Shown one piece after another: positions 1-11,957 of a stretch of DNA of 64,000 nucleotides (its first letter is position 1; every line of letters starts with the position of its first letter). The stretch lies in NCBI GenBank assembly GCA_010093705.1, contig MU006089.1, forward strand, positions 1,118,455 to 1,182,454, read 5' to 3'. The notes beneath the pieces were generated by a model. That model was given only the letters and a program-made list of their open reading frames with translations, was not told where the DNA came from and made no database searches. The DNA comes from Patellaria atrata CBS 101060 (lineage: Eukaryota). The position numbers and the translations under genes were made by a program.

Positions 1-42
1 ACCAGTACATGGCCATGAATGACAGTGCGCAAGTAAGGTAAT

Positions 43-1422
43 CTAATCCTTTGGTTCAATGAGATCTGGAATTTGCTCAGGTCTGGCTTTGCCCTCGAGG
101 ATATCTGTAAGTTCGTATTAGCTTTTTTTATCTTTCGGTAGCAAGAGAAATGGTTGGCCCTACTGTAGACTGCGGTCATCAAGGGGAATTCTTCCTCAAG
201 GTTTTGACTCCTGAGCCACTGATTGACTTCATATGCCGTTGAAGTTCCCTGCAACTTTTGTCCATTCAGTTCAGTCCTCTCCACTTCATCAATACTGACG
301 CCACGCTCAATGCTCATCTTCGCGCAGCGGAAATTTCTGCCACCCGAACAACTGGTGATCATGTCTGCGACACCACAGCTCTCCTCAGTAAAGGTAGCAG
401 CTCTCACAGAATCAGCGAAGAACATCTTGCCAAACTTTACTTCCTCGAGAATTCCAATCCTCATCACTGCCGCTTTAGCATTGTCTCCCCATCCTAGACC
501 TTCCACGAAACCTGCAGCGAGGGCGACGACGTTCTTAAGTGCACCCCCCAAGGATACACCGGCCACATCAGATACCATTCGGACGTGGAAGTACGGTCTG
601 TGGAAAAGTTTCTTGACATTGTCGTGATTGAGGGGAGGATAATCCGCTGGCAGAGGTTGTAACCGGGCGTGTTTAGGAGCTGGTGGAGTATCTGTATTGG
701 ACATGGTAAGATCCACTTGCGAGTGATGAGGAGACCCATGGGGAGTTACCCTAGGTGTGGGTTGCCTAGAGTCCATAGGCGGTGGATCATATGCCACAGT
801 AGTCTCACACCATTTCTCGAGGGCTACTTCGGTGGCGATGTTCGCCCCAGACAGAGCACCACAGTAGATTCCTAATTCAGATCCTATCACCTCTGAGAAA
901 AGCTGGACTCCTTTGTTAGACACATCTACACCTTTGGTGCAAGATATGGCTCTGGCAAAAGGCACGATCTTGCCCCTTAGTTGCTCACATGACTTCGCAA
1001 TGAACTGATGCGGTAAGCAGAAGACCAGTATTGTTGAATCTTTTGCAGCGTCGGGAAGGGAAGGATTGGCAACCACATTATGAGGAAGCGGGATGTTAGG
1101 TAGGTACTTGACGTTCTCGTGAAGAGCATTGATTAGGTCTGTCAACTTTTGTGGTTTGTTGCAGAGTGAGGAGCCAGGATCGTAGTGTTTGGACTCTTTG
1201 GGTACAGTGACTTCTTCCTCATACACCCACATCTGGATCTCGGGTTCGAAGAGGTTTGGATTTGCGGTTGCATTTTCAGCACAAATCTTTGCTATCGTGG
1301 AACCCCTACATAGTATTAGTGTTGACCGTTCTCCGTCTTTCTAGCAGGGAAGATACTCACCAATTTCCAGATCCCACCACGGTCACTTTGTGCTTCTTTG
1401 AGGCAGGACCAAGGGTTGCCAT
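43..1422 (-). CDS. GPD1: NAD-dependent glycerol-3-phosphate dehydrogenase (2 introns; possible upstream start at 1539)
   Basis: Spliced translation gives [16 protein letters not shown] (Rossmann fold), [46 protein letters not shown] and LNGQKLQG. Last exon [19 protein letters not shown] ends at TAG 43-45. Confidence 0.96.
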
Positions 1423-2447
1423 GTTGTCGAATCTGTGTCTTCTGGTGGTATGTAATTGTTGAGGTGTAAGCAGGCGGATTCTTGTAAAGCGGTAAGGTGC
1501 AAAAACTTTGGAGTGAAATGAAGCAGGCAAGCTTAGCATACGCAACGGTTGGATTTATAGTAAGGTGAGAGAAACGGTCACGTAGCAGAAGGATCGAATC
1601 TTATGGTGATTAGAGATCACAAGCCAAAGAATATGTTGAGCCGAGAAAGAGCGACCTACGACCTCAAGGGTTGCATCATCCGGACAGGGACGTTGGCCTG
1701 TCGTTCCTACCTAATCCCTGTAACGCTTCTAGACCCTCATATGCCAGATTCCGCGAAAATAGAAACTGTACGGTAACTTCAGGGCTTTTCATACTCGATT
1801 ATGCTGAAGTACCTAAATGGCTACTACTACGTATATAGAGGTTCTTTGTCAAGCTAAGTATTACACCTTCAAGCACAAGTAAAGTATTCTGTAACACTAC
1901 TTCGCGCAAACCGTAATGGCCGAGTGGCCGACAAGTACTGGGCTCGGGCATGCCGGAGGTGTCACCGAGGCTCGGTTCTCTTTGCGATGTTTTGCCTCCC
2001 AACCTCGAAGTGCTCCTTCGGTTCCCACGCTCGTGCTAGCCTGGTCTATATTCTATCATAGTAAGAATATATCGGAGTATATGATGAGAAGGGACGCCCA
2101 ATGTGATGTAAGACTAGGTAGGAACTCTTGAGTTGACTTCATGGTCAGAGTCAATTAGCATAAAGAAGTGCCAGTAGTCATAGTAAGAATCATTGTTGTA
2201 TCGCTATCTCCTAAGGTAATTTCCCCTAATCATGCAGATGCTCGCAAAGTCAAAACCTCGCCGAAAAGATCAAATAACACCGACGCTCAACTGCAAGATA
2301 AAGGAGAGGAAAAATTGATACGACCCATAAGTGAATCGTATCAAACATTAAGACAAGAACACATCCAATGACTCGAGTGTTTCCCCTTCCACCTTCATTA
2401 CGCTCCAGCCTCTTCGTACCGTGTATGATAAACTCGATTCCCTTTCC

Positions 2448-3124
2448 TTATAGAACGAATCCGAAGATACCCAAGAGACCTGCGGCAAGGGCTGGGGTAC
2501 CATAATCACGGGCAAAAGCGAGAGGGACGGCGGCGCCACTGGACGTCTCAGCGGGAGCATCGGCAGTTTCTGAGGCAGCGGTAGAGGTGGCGGCAGCTTC
2601 AGATGTTGTGGTGGTAGAAGTTGTAGTGACAACGTTCTCGGACGCGTTACGATTGCCGCAAACAACACTCAAGCAGTCGGTTTGCTGAGCGAGGTCACTC
2701 CCAGCTCGCTCTACACACTGGCCCCTCCATACTCCGCATTCAAGGGATGGTAGTGTCTGATCGAAATCCGTGATATTTGGGCTGCTACCAGTGCAAGTGC
2801 ATTTCCACTCAAGGGTGTCCTAGCCGGAGCAGAGCTCGTCAGTACTGTGGAATTGTTTGAATGAAGTGAATGGAGAATTCAACAATGGATGCGCCAAAAA
2901 GGAAGGGTAATTACCGCATCGCAATCATTATCCGCTGGTCTTCCGTTGCAAATCATAGGACAGGTATTTTGTTGAGCGCGACACCAACTAATTCTGATAG
3001 GACGATCGACCGAGTTTGGATCAACGGTGTAGTCATTTGTCGTATTTTGCGACACAGCAAGACCAGCAAAGGTCGAAGCGGCGATGAGGAGCGAAGTGAA
3101 GATCATAGTGGCGGTGATGTTCAA
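2448..3124 (-). CDS. Small secreted Cys-rich, Ser/Thr-rich, probably GPI-anchored cell-surface protein (1 intron ~2820-2914)
   Basis: N-terminal signal peptide; Cys pattern WC..QQNTCP.IC...DC...KCTC...EC...QC...DC..VC; Thr/Ser/Ala-rich stalk; SSGAA omega-like site followed by a hydrophobic C-terminal tail. Confidence 0.85.
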
Positions 3125-4235
3125 ATGGATGTACCAGTCTGGGAAAAGGTGGAGAAGGACGCGTTAGCACTTGCTACTCAATCGAACAAGGGAGCTCCAT
3201 GATGAAAGTTTTGCTGGCATTGATCAGAACTTACAAATATAATCGGAATTTTCGATGACAGTCGGATGCTGCAACGAAGTAAGAGAGCAACGATGGGAGT
3301 GAAGACTATGATGATGAATGTTGGTGGGAACAATTGAAAGCGCGAGTTGAGAATCTTATGTACGGTATCTCGATGCGCTTGGTCAGAATCGCATGTTTGA
3401 GCGTACGCGGCAATTTTAGGCGAAAATACCAACCAAATTTCCGGAAAGTGCAATTTCATACGCTTTCGTAATATAAGAACCGTTATTATTATTATTGACA
3501 GCATCAAGGCTACCTCATTGCATGTTTCTAAGGTATTCATTCTTCTTTGCACTTTATATCTCAACAACATCTGATCAAGCCTCTGCAGGTACTCTATAGA
3601 TAAACCTGCATCACCACCAAGCTGAGGTACATCAAGCAGATACAGCTGTGTTGGGGAAGTACTGAGGTGTGCAGTAAGTACAAAGTCCAGTACAGTGGAG
3701 GCTACGGTACAGATCACCTCAGATCATGCGGTTTCAATACTCATTAATAGAAAACTGACGATAGATTACGCGCACATGTTTAATGAAGCAATTAAAAGAG
3801 CAATGGGAGAATCTTTGAATTACCCGATATCCAAGAGATCTTCCCCAGCAACGGCCACGATCATGGCCCGCTGCCCAATGAAATTTGCCCAAAATCATTC
3901 ACACGAAACGCGTCGGCGATAAGTGAGATTCACTATAACCAACACAGCACATGTACTTTAGCGTATTTTCACTGGTTGTTAATTTTGTCTCAAGAGTCTT
4001 GCACATCTAACTAGCTGAAAGAGGGTTTCAAGAAAGCGCTGCAACCATCATCGCTGAGACCCCGCTATGCTGTTCCGCCAATGATCTTGAGGAATGACTT
4101 TTGGACGCCAGAGAACGGGCGGACAGAAGAAACAATGTGTTGATAACCACTTGCAGCGGAACCGATGATCATAGCGGGCGGTGCCGTCTTGTGCACCAGC
4201 AAGCCGTCATACCTTAGATTCCTTTAACCAACGCT

Positions 4236-4243
4236 TATATATA
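4236..4243 (+). promoter_or_regulatory. TATA box upstream of a hairpin
   Basis: TATATATA followed by a CT-rich tract (4268-4285), a typical fungal Pol II core promoter layout, with no convincing protein ORF downstream. Confidence 0.45.
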
Positions 4244-4287
4244 CCTCACGCCCCTCACTCGTCTAGACTTCTTCTCTTCTTCTTCAG

Positions 4288-4443
4288 CGCCACCTGCTTC
4301 AACCTTCAGAGAGGCGGAGCTCACATTAGAAATAGGCGCGTACGATGTTGAATATAGCCCCAAACGCAAGGAGCTCACAACATCGTCCGCGTCTATTAAA
4401 TGAGTCGTCACAATCTATCTAGAGGTTGAAGCAGGTGGATGCG
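4288..4443 (+). ncRNA. Long fold-back hairpin; candidate microRNA-like RNA (milRNA) precursor or structured ncRNA
   Basis: Perfect 16-bp inverted repeat (4290-4305 / 4423-4438) enclosing a nested 20-bp stem (4331-4350 / 4378-4397; one G:U, one mismatch), with G:U-containing pairing between the two stems. Confidence 0.55.
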
Positions 4444-6316
4444 GAAAACCCTCAGTGCGGTGCTGCCTGTTTTCAGCTACCATATTTTGTGGAGTGGTGA
4501 TGTGTTGGGTCTGTCGGCATATCAAGTCGGTCGACAAGATCTGGTAGCTGGAAACAGGTAGGCCGCTATCGCTCTTTTAACCTTCATTTGGGTTTTGTTT
4601 CTGAAGGAACGGATGCACTGGACCGATGTTGCATAATAGCCGAAAAGAACCTTTCAAGAAGGATAATCGCATCAACGGCCGAAATGTTTTCACAGATGCA
4701 ATCCTCCCGTCTATGGCTCAGGCTCACGCCACTGGTACGATATGTACTGTCACTCTTCTGGTTACAAAACTCGTCAGGTGCCAGAAAAGACCTTGATATC
4801 GCCAAAACATCATTTTCACTAGTCGCAGCTGGCAGTCTTGCTTGCTATACTGTTGTCGTGCGCTCACCAGTGGATACTCGAACCTCGGGTATCGCTAGAT
4901 GGGAAGATATACACGATCTTCGTTCGTACAGCTCGCAGCCATCTTTACAGTCTACTTCATTTTGTACAGCGGGGTCAAGCTATCATTCAAGTCCATCCGT
5001 ATAGTGGGCCAGGAGAAGCATACGACAGGAAGGACAAACATTGAATGAGCGGTCTGTTCTGACCTCAAAGGCGTCTTCAGCGGATTCCTGATGATCGTTC
5101 ACGAAGAGATTCTGTACAGTACCAGTACAGTAGTCTAGATGTACGCCAGTCATGCGGCATATCGCTCTTTTTGGCAAACACCGAACACTAGATGCAGGAT
5201 ACGAATTTCGGGTCAAACAGGCGAACAGATGGATTTCAGGACAAGTCAACATCGGCGCCGTACCTTACAGTATATCAGGTACGAAACGTGGATATGCACC
5301 GTCAGCATGAAGCGAGAGGCAAGATTCTCATCGAGGAAGCTCGAAAGCGAATTGTCTCCATCATCCAAGACGACTCGTATCCTTCTGGCAGGTGATCTTG
5401 ATTGCTCGGTTCTGAGAGTCTGGTTTAGCATTATGCACAGTGCGTCTGTTCAATAAGAATAATTGAAGAAAGTCCGGACGATTGATTTCCATCTCCACGT
5501 GATGTCGAAACTCCGTTGAAGTCTCCGCGAGTGACTTTGGTACCTCTTGCATCTTTTGTCCTTATCGTTCTTCAGCCCACTCCCGTCTTTGAGGTAAACA
5601 AACTCGAAAAAGCTCCTCCCATCTGAGCTGCCTTATGTCGTCGATGGCTGAATTCCTGGTTACCGGTGTAAATCCCGTCCATGACTGTGAGCATCGTCAG
5701 CCAACGAAGGGGCCACTTGACCTCCCAAGATTCATTGTCGAGGTGTGAAAAGTGAAAAGTGTGAACAGTGAAGCTTATTATTCGTCAATGAGCTCTCTCC
5801 CCGCGTTTTCCCCGCCATGACTTCAAAGCGCCAAAGGGATATCTTACCACAACCCCTGCTATCATCCCCATGTAGCTCATGCCATCATCACCATAAATCT
5901 CCACCTTTGAGGCAAAACCTCGCAGAGAACATGCGCCGAGCCTGTGCGCTCCACGAGCCGTATCCCTCTCCATCCCGCGTGCACACTCGATATGATAGGC
6001 TTCTAGCTTCATCGGGTAAACATTTCTGGGGATGATGCTGCGTTTGCCGCTCGAACTATCTCCCAGGATGTAAGGTCAATAAGGTCGTGGGACGTGGATC
6101 TGCGCTATGGAGTACAGAGATAAGTAATGCTGTACAAAAGTCCGTGGATGCAGGGGGGTGGAAGTTCCTCTTTAAGTATGGCATCTTAGAAGCGTACATG
6201 AACGTATAAACTCGGGAAACCCGTGTCTCATATTCTCATTCCCCATGCCCTCGCCTTTTCTAGCTCCCCCGGTGAAGATTTGCGATTTCAAGAGCTCTGA
6301 AGGGAATACTGGAACC

Positions 6317-8339
6317 ATGGCGGATACCGAGAAGGAGACTGCGCTCGATGCGACCTACGACGAGAAGAAAGTCGGTTCCAGTCCCCAAGGAAGTGAACTC
6401 GACGATGCGACGCGCAGAAGGATGGACGAGATTCCGGATCCGGATGCTGGTTTGAGCGAGGAGGAGAAGGCGGCGATTGTAAGTTGATGTTGATGTTGAT
6501 AGCGGGGTTCAATTCCACGTACTAGTTACTCCGTTGCGGATACCATACTAACGAATTGATATTATAGGACAAGAAGCTCGTGAGGAAGTTGGACTTCAAA
6601 CTGATCCCATGGGTACGTACTCTATTCCAACAAAATCGCGTACTGTATCTCCCAAAGGTACTGTGCAGGTGTATAGGAGAATACATACTGACTACACCTA
6701 GCTATGCCTTCTCTACCTCATCTCCTTCCTCGACCGCACCAACATCGGCAACGCCCGTATCGCCGGCCTCGAAGAAGACCTTAACATGACACCCGGCCAA
6801 TACTATGCCTCGCTATCCATCTTCTTCGTCTCCTACTCTCTCGCCGAGCCCCTGACCAACGTCCTCCTCAAGCGTCTTCGTCCCAGCGTCTTCATCCCCG
6901 CCATCATGATCCTATGGGGCATCTGCATGACGACCATGGGTCTCGTGCACAATTTCGCCGGCTTGGCAGCATCCGTGAGTTTCTCCCGATTTTCCCCCTT
7001 AATTACCACTTCTTCGGTCCGACTTTTCACAATCTCCTGCCGTCCCCTCTTCCCGCCCTTCTCTAAATTTCTCCGCCCTTCCCTTTCCGCTTTCCTTTTA
7101 ATTCCCAGCTTTGCTCTTGATTCCCCGCTTGCCCTTCTAACTCCCTGCTCTTCTCCCCATTCCCCGTCCACCTTCTTATTCCCCACTCTCCTCTTTCCAC
7201 CCTTTCTCACCTCCGCAGCGCTTCTTCTTAGGCCTAACGGAAGCGGGACTCTTTCCTGGAACCAACTATTACCTTTCTTGTTGGTTCAAAAGATCGGAGT
7301 TCGGCATCCGGGCCGCCATCTTTTTCTCCGCCGCCGCCGTGGCCGGCTCCTTCGGCGGACTTCTCGCCGCCGCGATCGCACAAATGGACGACGTAGGCGG
7401 CAAGCCGGGCTGGGCTTGGATCTTCATCCTCGAAGGCATAGCCACCATCTTCGTCGGCATCGCCTCCTACTGGATGGTCTTCGACTTCCCGGACCTGGCC
7501 ACCTTCCTCTCCGACGACGACCGCGCCCGCGTCCTTCGCCGCCTCCGCGCCGACAAGCAGTCCTCGGCCGAGCACGAGGAGTTCCGCATGGCGTATTTCT
7601 GGGCCAGCGTCAAGGACTGGAAGACGTGGACCTTTGCTGTCATATATATGGGGGCTGATGGCGCGTTGTACGCGTTCTCCCTCTTTCTACCTACCATCAT
7701 CCGCCAGCTCGGATATACCTCCACGCGCGCCAATCTCCTCTCCGTCCCGCCCTACGTCGGCGGCGCCATCCTCACCATCGCCGTGGGCTGGTACGCCGAC
7801 CGCACTGGCCGCCGCGGGTTGTGCAATATCGTCGTCCCCCTGCTCGGGATGGCCGGGTTCGTCATGCTGCTCGCGTCGCAAACACCGGGCGTCAAATACG
7901 CAGGCACGTTCCTCGGCGCGCTGGGCATATACCCCTGCATCGCGAACACGATCTCCTGGGCCTCGAACAACGTCGAGGGCGTCTACAAGCGCGGCGTCAC
8001 GCTCGGCATCGTGATCGGGTGGGGCAACCTCAACGGCGTCGTCAGCTCAAATATCTACCTCGCGCGGGAAAGCCCCAGGTTCTACACCGGCCACGGCGTC
8101 GTGTTGGGGTATTTGAGCGTCTTTCTGTTCGGCGGCAGTGTCGTTAATCATTTGCTTTTGAGACGCGAAAATAGGGCCAGGGTGGAGGGGAGAAGAGATC
8201 ATTGGGTCCAGGGGAAGAGTGAGAGTGAGATTGAGCTCTTGGGGGATAGGAGGTATGTGCCCTGGCTTTTACACTCTTGGGCGAGGAGTATTGCTAATGT
8301 GGTTGTTTGTTTAGACCGGACTTTTTGTATACGGTTTAG
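6317..8339 (+). CDS. MFS transporter, allantoate/nicotinate permease (Dal5/Tna1, ACS) family; 4 introns
   Basis: KLVRKLDFKLIPW, LISFLDRTNIGNARIAGL, RFFLGLTEAGLFPG, GWAWIFILEG, NLLSVPPY, NNVEGVYKRG; C-terminus RPDFLYTV* after the last intron. Confidence 0.93.
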
Positions 8340-9207
8340 TGTGCTTCTCGAAAGGTGAGGAAAGGGTGTCGATGTATCCGGTTGTGCTATATGCATCCCA
8401 TAACACGTGAAGGTGTACCACAGGCTGTGCGGTCGATCGGCGTTATCGTACTCCGATCGTCCACGTTGGATTTCTGGCGTCGTAGAACTTTTTGGCCACC
8501 TCGACGTTGGAATTTCCCCTAATTTCTCTGCGCTGGTCCCTATTCTCTCTAACCAGTCGAAGATCTGGCGCGCGGACGGAAGGAGGACTTAGACACCCTT
8601 TATGTCATGCTAAGTGTGGTGACATCTTCAGGTGTCCATGGAATATGTACGGTACATGTTGAATAAGAGCACACCTCACGAAAACCGGAGTAGAGTTTTC
8701 CTCAATAAGGTAAATCATCGATTGCATGCCCCAGTCTAGTGACATGACTTAATCTGTACCGTACAACATGCCATCCGTTTCAAGTTTGATCGAAAGCCTA
8801 CTCCCGTTGTCTGAATACAAATCTGCCCGTAACGACATAAGAACCTCGCCATTTTTATCATCAAACTTATGAACATGCACCGTTTTCACATCAAACCCAT
8901 CAAGACAGTAAGACGCGCCGCACGCGAAGCAAAAAAATCTAAAAACCAAAACCACCATACACTCAAACTCAATATGAAGATGTAAGAGATGCCAGTGATT
9001 TTCCGATAAGCAAACGCCCTTTTGTCTCTTGGACCATGCAAATATTTTCCCTTTAACGCCCTTCGGTTTCCAGCTATGTTCGCTCGCACTAATTGCAACG
9101 TAACATGTAAACACTCAAGAGGAAAAGTAGCCATATAGGGTATATATGTTTTCGTGATTCCTAAACGTTAGAAAGGGGATTCATCAAGGGTAAGTGGGTG
9201 TCGGAAA

Positions 9208-10663
9208 TTAGACGTTGGAGGGAGAAGCTGTAACGGTGCGGTCGTCATCGACCTCCTCTTGCTGTGGCATCTGATAAGATGCGAAGTACAGCGGATTGGC
9301 GAAATAGTGATTCATATCAAACGCCGCTGCGTGTTGATATACTGGAAACCCCATGGCCGGAGCACCATAAGTATGATGGAGCTGGTATGCGGGATAGGTT
9401 AAATTTTCTTTCTCTTCGAAAACCATACCGTTGCTGAAAGGGTCGTACTTCATGGTCTCATGGGTCCTCTCCGGAGTTGCTTCCGGACGGAATTCAGAAT
9501 TGAGATATGAAAACCCTGCAGGGTTTGAGAATGAGACCTCTTCGCCATGAAATACATCAAAAGCACGCTTCCTCTTCTTCTCGGGGCGTCCATAATTGAG
9601 GTCTATCTCCATCTCCTCGTCGTCCATAACTGCCTGGGCTCTCGCTCCGAATCCTTGACGTATGTTGTTTCTCGTATTTCGACGAGACTTGTTGACATCT
9701 AGATTGTTGAGTGGAGCACGATTTGCTTGTCGCTTCCGGGGAGGTGGAGAGGGTGATGGCTTCATTGGACTGCTATCGTCAGGAAGCCCATCAATAACTC
9801 TTTCTTTCTTGAGAGAACCATGTGGAGTCCATATAGATTCGATAGCTTCCACTTCTGTTGAGTTATGCTCTAAACCCTCAATAACCGAAACATCCTTTTT
9901 CTGGTTCCGCTTTCTCCGCATCTCAGGGGTGGCTGAATCAAAGATATCCATCCCGGGCCATAGCACTCCTTTCAGCCTTGTGCATTCGGAGCCAATTTCC
10001 TCGACTTCAACTTCCCCGGTATCCTCCGCATCATGACTGCTGTAGAGGTCGACATCAATAGGGTGTCTGTGGCTGACATGACCAGCAACCTCGCTTGAAT
10101 TATCCAAAGATCGAGAATCGGTTGTGAATGGAGTGGAGCGAGCACTGAACAATTGCATAGGCGGAACAAACGTGCGGTGTAGGATGGCAGGGTCTAGTGA
10201 AAGCGGCGTTGTTGAACGGGATTCATGCTTGATCGGATGTTCTGAAAGTCGAGGGTCTAAGGCATTGGATTTCTTCCGTCCGTATGTCGGACGTGAAGGA
10301 ACCGTGGTTGGTGTTTGGCTTGCCCTGTTTGTCCCTGAGATATCATAAGACAAGCTGTTATACATTTGTGTTCGATGAATACATACCAGAGCTCTTTGTT
10401 GTTCTAGTCCGCTTTTTATCCTTTATGTTCATCCGCTCCGACATCAGCTCCTCTACATTCCAATCCGCGTACCATTGGTCGTAGCTTTCAATCAAGCGCT
10501 TGGAGGAATCTTCACTGCTTGAACGGACCTTGACCTTGTAATAATGGGACAAGTGTCCCTTGCTTGCAATGTGTGTGAGAAGATGCGAAACATCGCTGAA
10601 TCGAGGCTTTTTTGGACAAATATTGCAATGTAGCGGGATACTGTTGGTACTGGAAGGCATCAT
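9208..10663 (-). CDS. Conserved-looking hypothetical protein with an N-terminal C2H2-like zinc finger (1 intron near 10320-10386)
   Basis: CNICPKKPRFSDVSHLLTHIASKGHLSHYY motif; block LKGVLWPGMDIFDSATPEMRRKRNQKKD with an NLS-like basic stretch; GTATGT donor after TTKSS. Confidence 0.8.
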
Positions 10664-11957
10664 GCTGGGCAATCAACTCTCGCTCGACCAATCCTGAAGG
10701 GAAACAACAAGGTGAATGAAAGGTGAGTGATTACGGGTCCCCGATGTGACTGAGGGAGGGTATAAAAGAAGGTGAAAGGGAATTTGAGGAACCAGGAGGG
10801 ATGAGGAGAAGAAGGGGGAGGTGGAGAGAAGGAGGAGGAGGGATGGAGATGTTTTGATCCAGGACCGAGCAGATAGAATACACCTCGGTGACGGTGGATG
10901 AGCCAAATGTGTGATAATAGAGTGAATGGAAGGTTAACTCGATGCTGAGGTAAAGAAGACGGAATGAGGCCGTGGTCCTGCCTATACAAGATCTCCCAAG
11001 TGTCGGGTCGATCGCAACCGGATGGGATCGGGAAGGTGATGTTCTTGTAGAGAAGGGAAGTCGTGAACGGTAAAGTCGCAACTTCTTCGTCTGGAAAAGT
11101 AGACACACAGAAACCGGGGCCGTGGAGAAGCTAAGCCAGATAACCGTTGCACACTTGACGTTCGACAATCAAAGAAGTAAGGTGAGGCGGCAATGGAAGT
11201 ACCGTAAGGTAGGTCGGTGGGGCAAAATAAGGTACCTTATTTTTCGAAGTTGGAAGGAAGGACTTGAACAACACTTGGGAAGAACGCGTCGCCGAGGCAA
11301 CGGCAACAAAGCCCCGCTCAGCAATTCAGGGACAACCGGAAGGAAGACAATGGAAGTCGATGTTGGATCATAAGGTACTCAACACTTGAACTCAATTGGG
11401 GGTTTATTCCTTGCGAAGTACCTTGATGACAAAAGGTAAGAGAGATAAGATGTCACATGTAAATCCCTGTGGGAAAAGGTTGGGTGAAGAGCAAGTGAAA
11501 AGATGCTGAGAAAGAGAGCAATGAGAGTCTAAATTCATTCATTTTTATCTTCTTTTCCAGCTCGCATCTCTAATCGCCTGCTTACGTGAAATGTCATGAG
11601 AGGGAACTGAGCGTGACAGGGCTGGATTCATTCCTCATTCTACATTATCTTACCCCCGTATCCGTGATCATACAATCCGCTTTCACCGGACTGTCACTGA
11701 TCATTGAATCTTATCTTGAGATGTACATTTGCGCAGCGGACCATGCACGTGACTATCGCGTAAGATCCATACGCTGCTTTGAAACGTTTATTATACTCCT
11801 GTCTTGTATCCCAGCCTCCACGGTCATAACAAGGTGGGTTATTAGATTACAGGAGAGCCTCTAAAGTAGAGTGATAGGCCTCATTCAAGTCCCGTGGTAT
11901 CATAGCGGAAAGGAACCATGCTGGATAAGATACGTAGGATATTTCGCATGCGCGAGC

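Noticed and set aside
1..45. Stop-codon readthrough or cryptic PTS1 at the GPD1 end
   Set aside because: The stop context is TAG ATT, not the leaky TGA CTA, and no SKL-like terminus is visible before the window edge.
3178..3717. 179-aa minus-strand ORF
   Set aside because: Non-ATG start, no recognisable motif; lies in the upstream region of the GPI-protein gene. Probably spurious.
4290..4438. MITE interpretation of the inverted repeat
   Set aside because: No target-site duplication flanks the arms, pairing continues through the interior with G:U pairs, and no second copy was seen in the window. Not fully excluded without a genome-wide search.
4584..6035. Overlapping short ORFs as a gene or pseudogene
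   Set aside because: I could not build a consistent spliced model or recognise a domain.
6501..6520. GGTTCAATTCC B-box / T-loop-like motif suggesting a tRNA
   Set aside because: It lies in an MFS intron with no acceptor stem, D-arm or anticodon arm.
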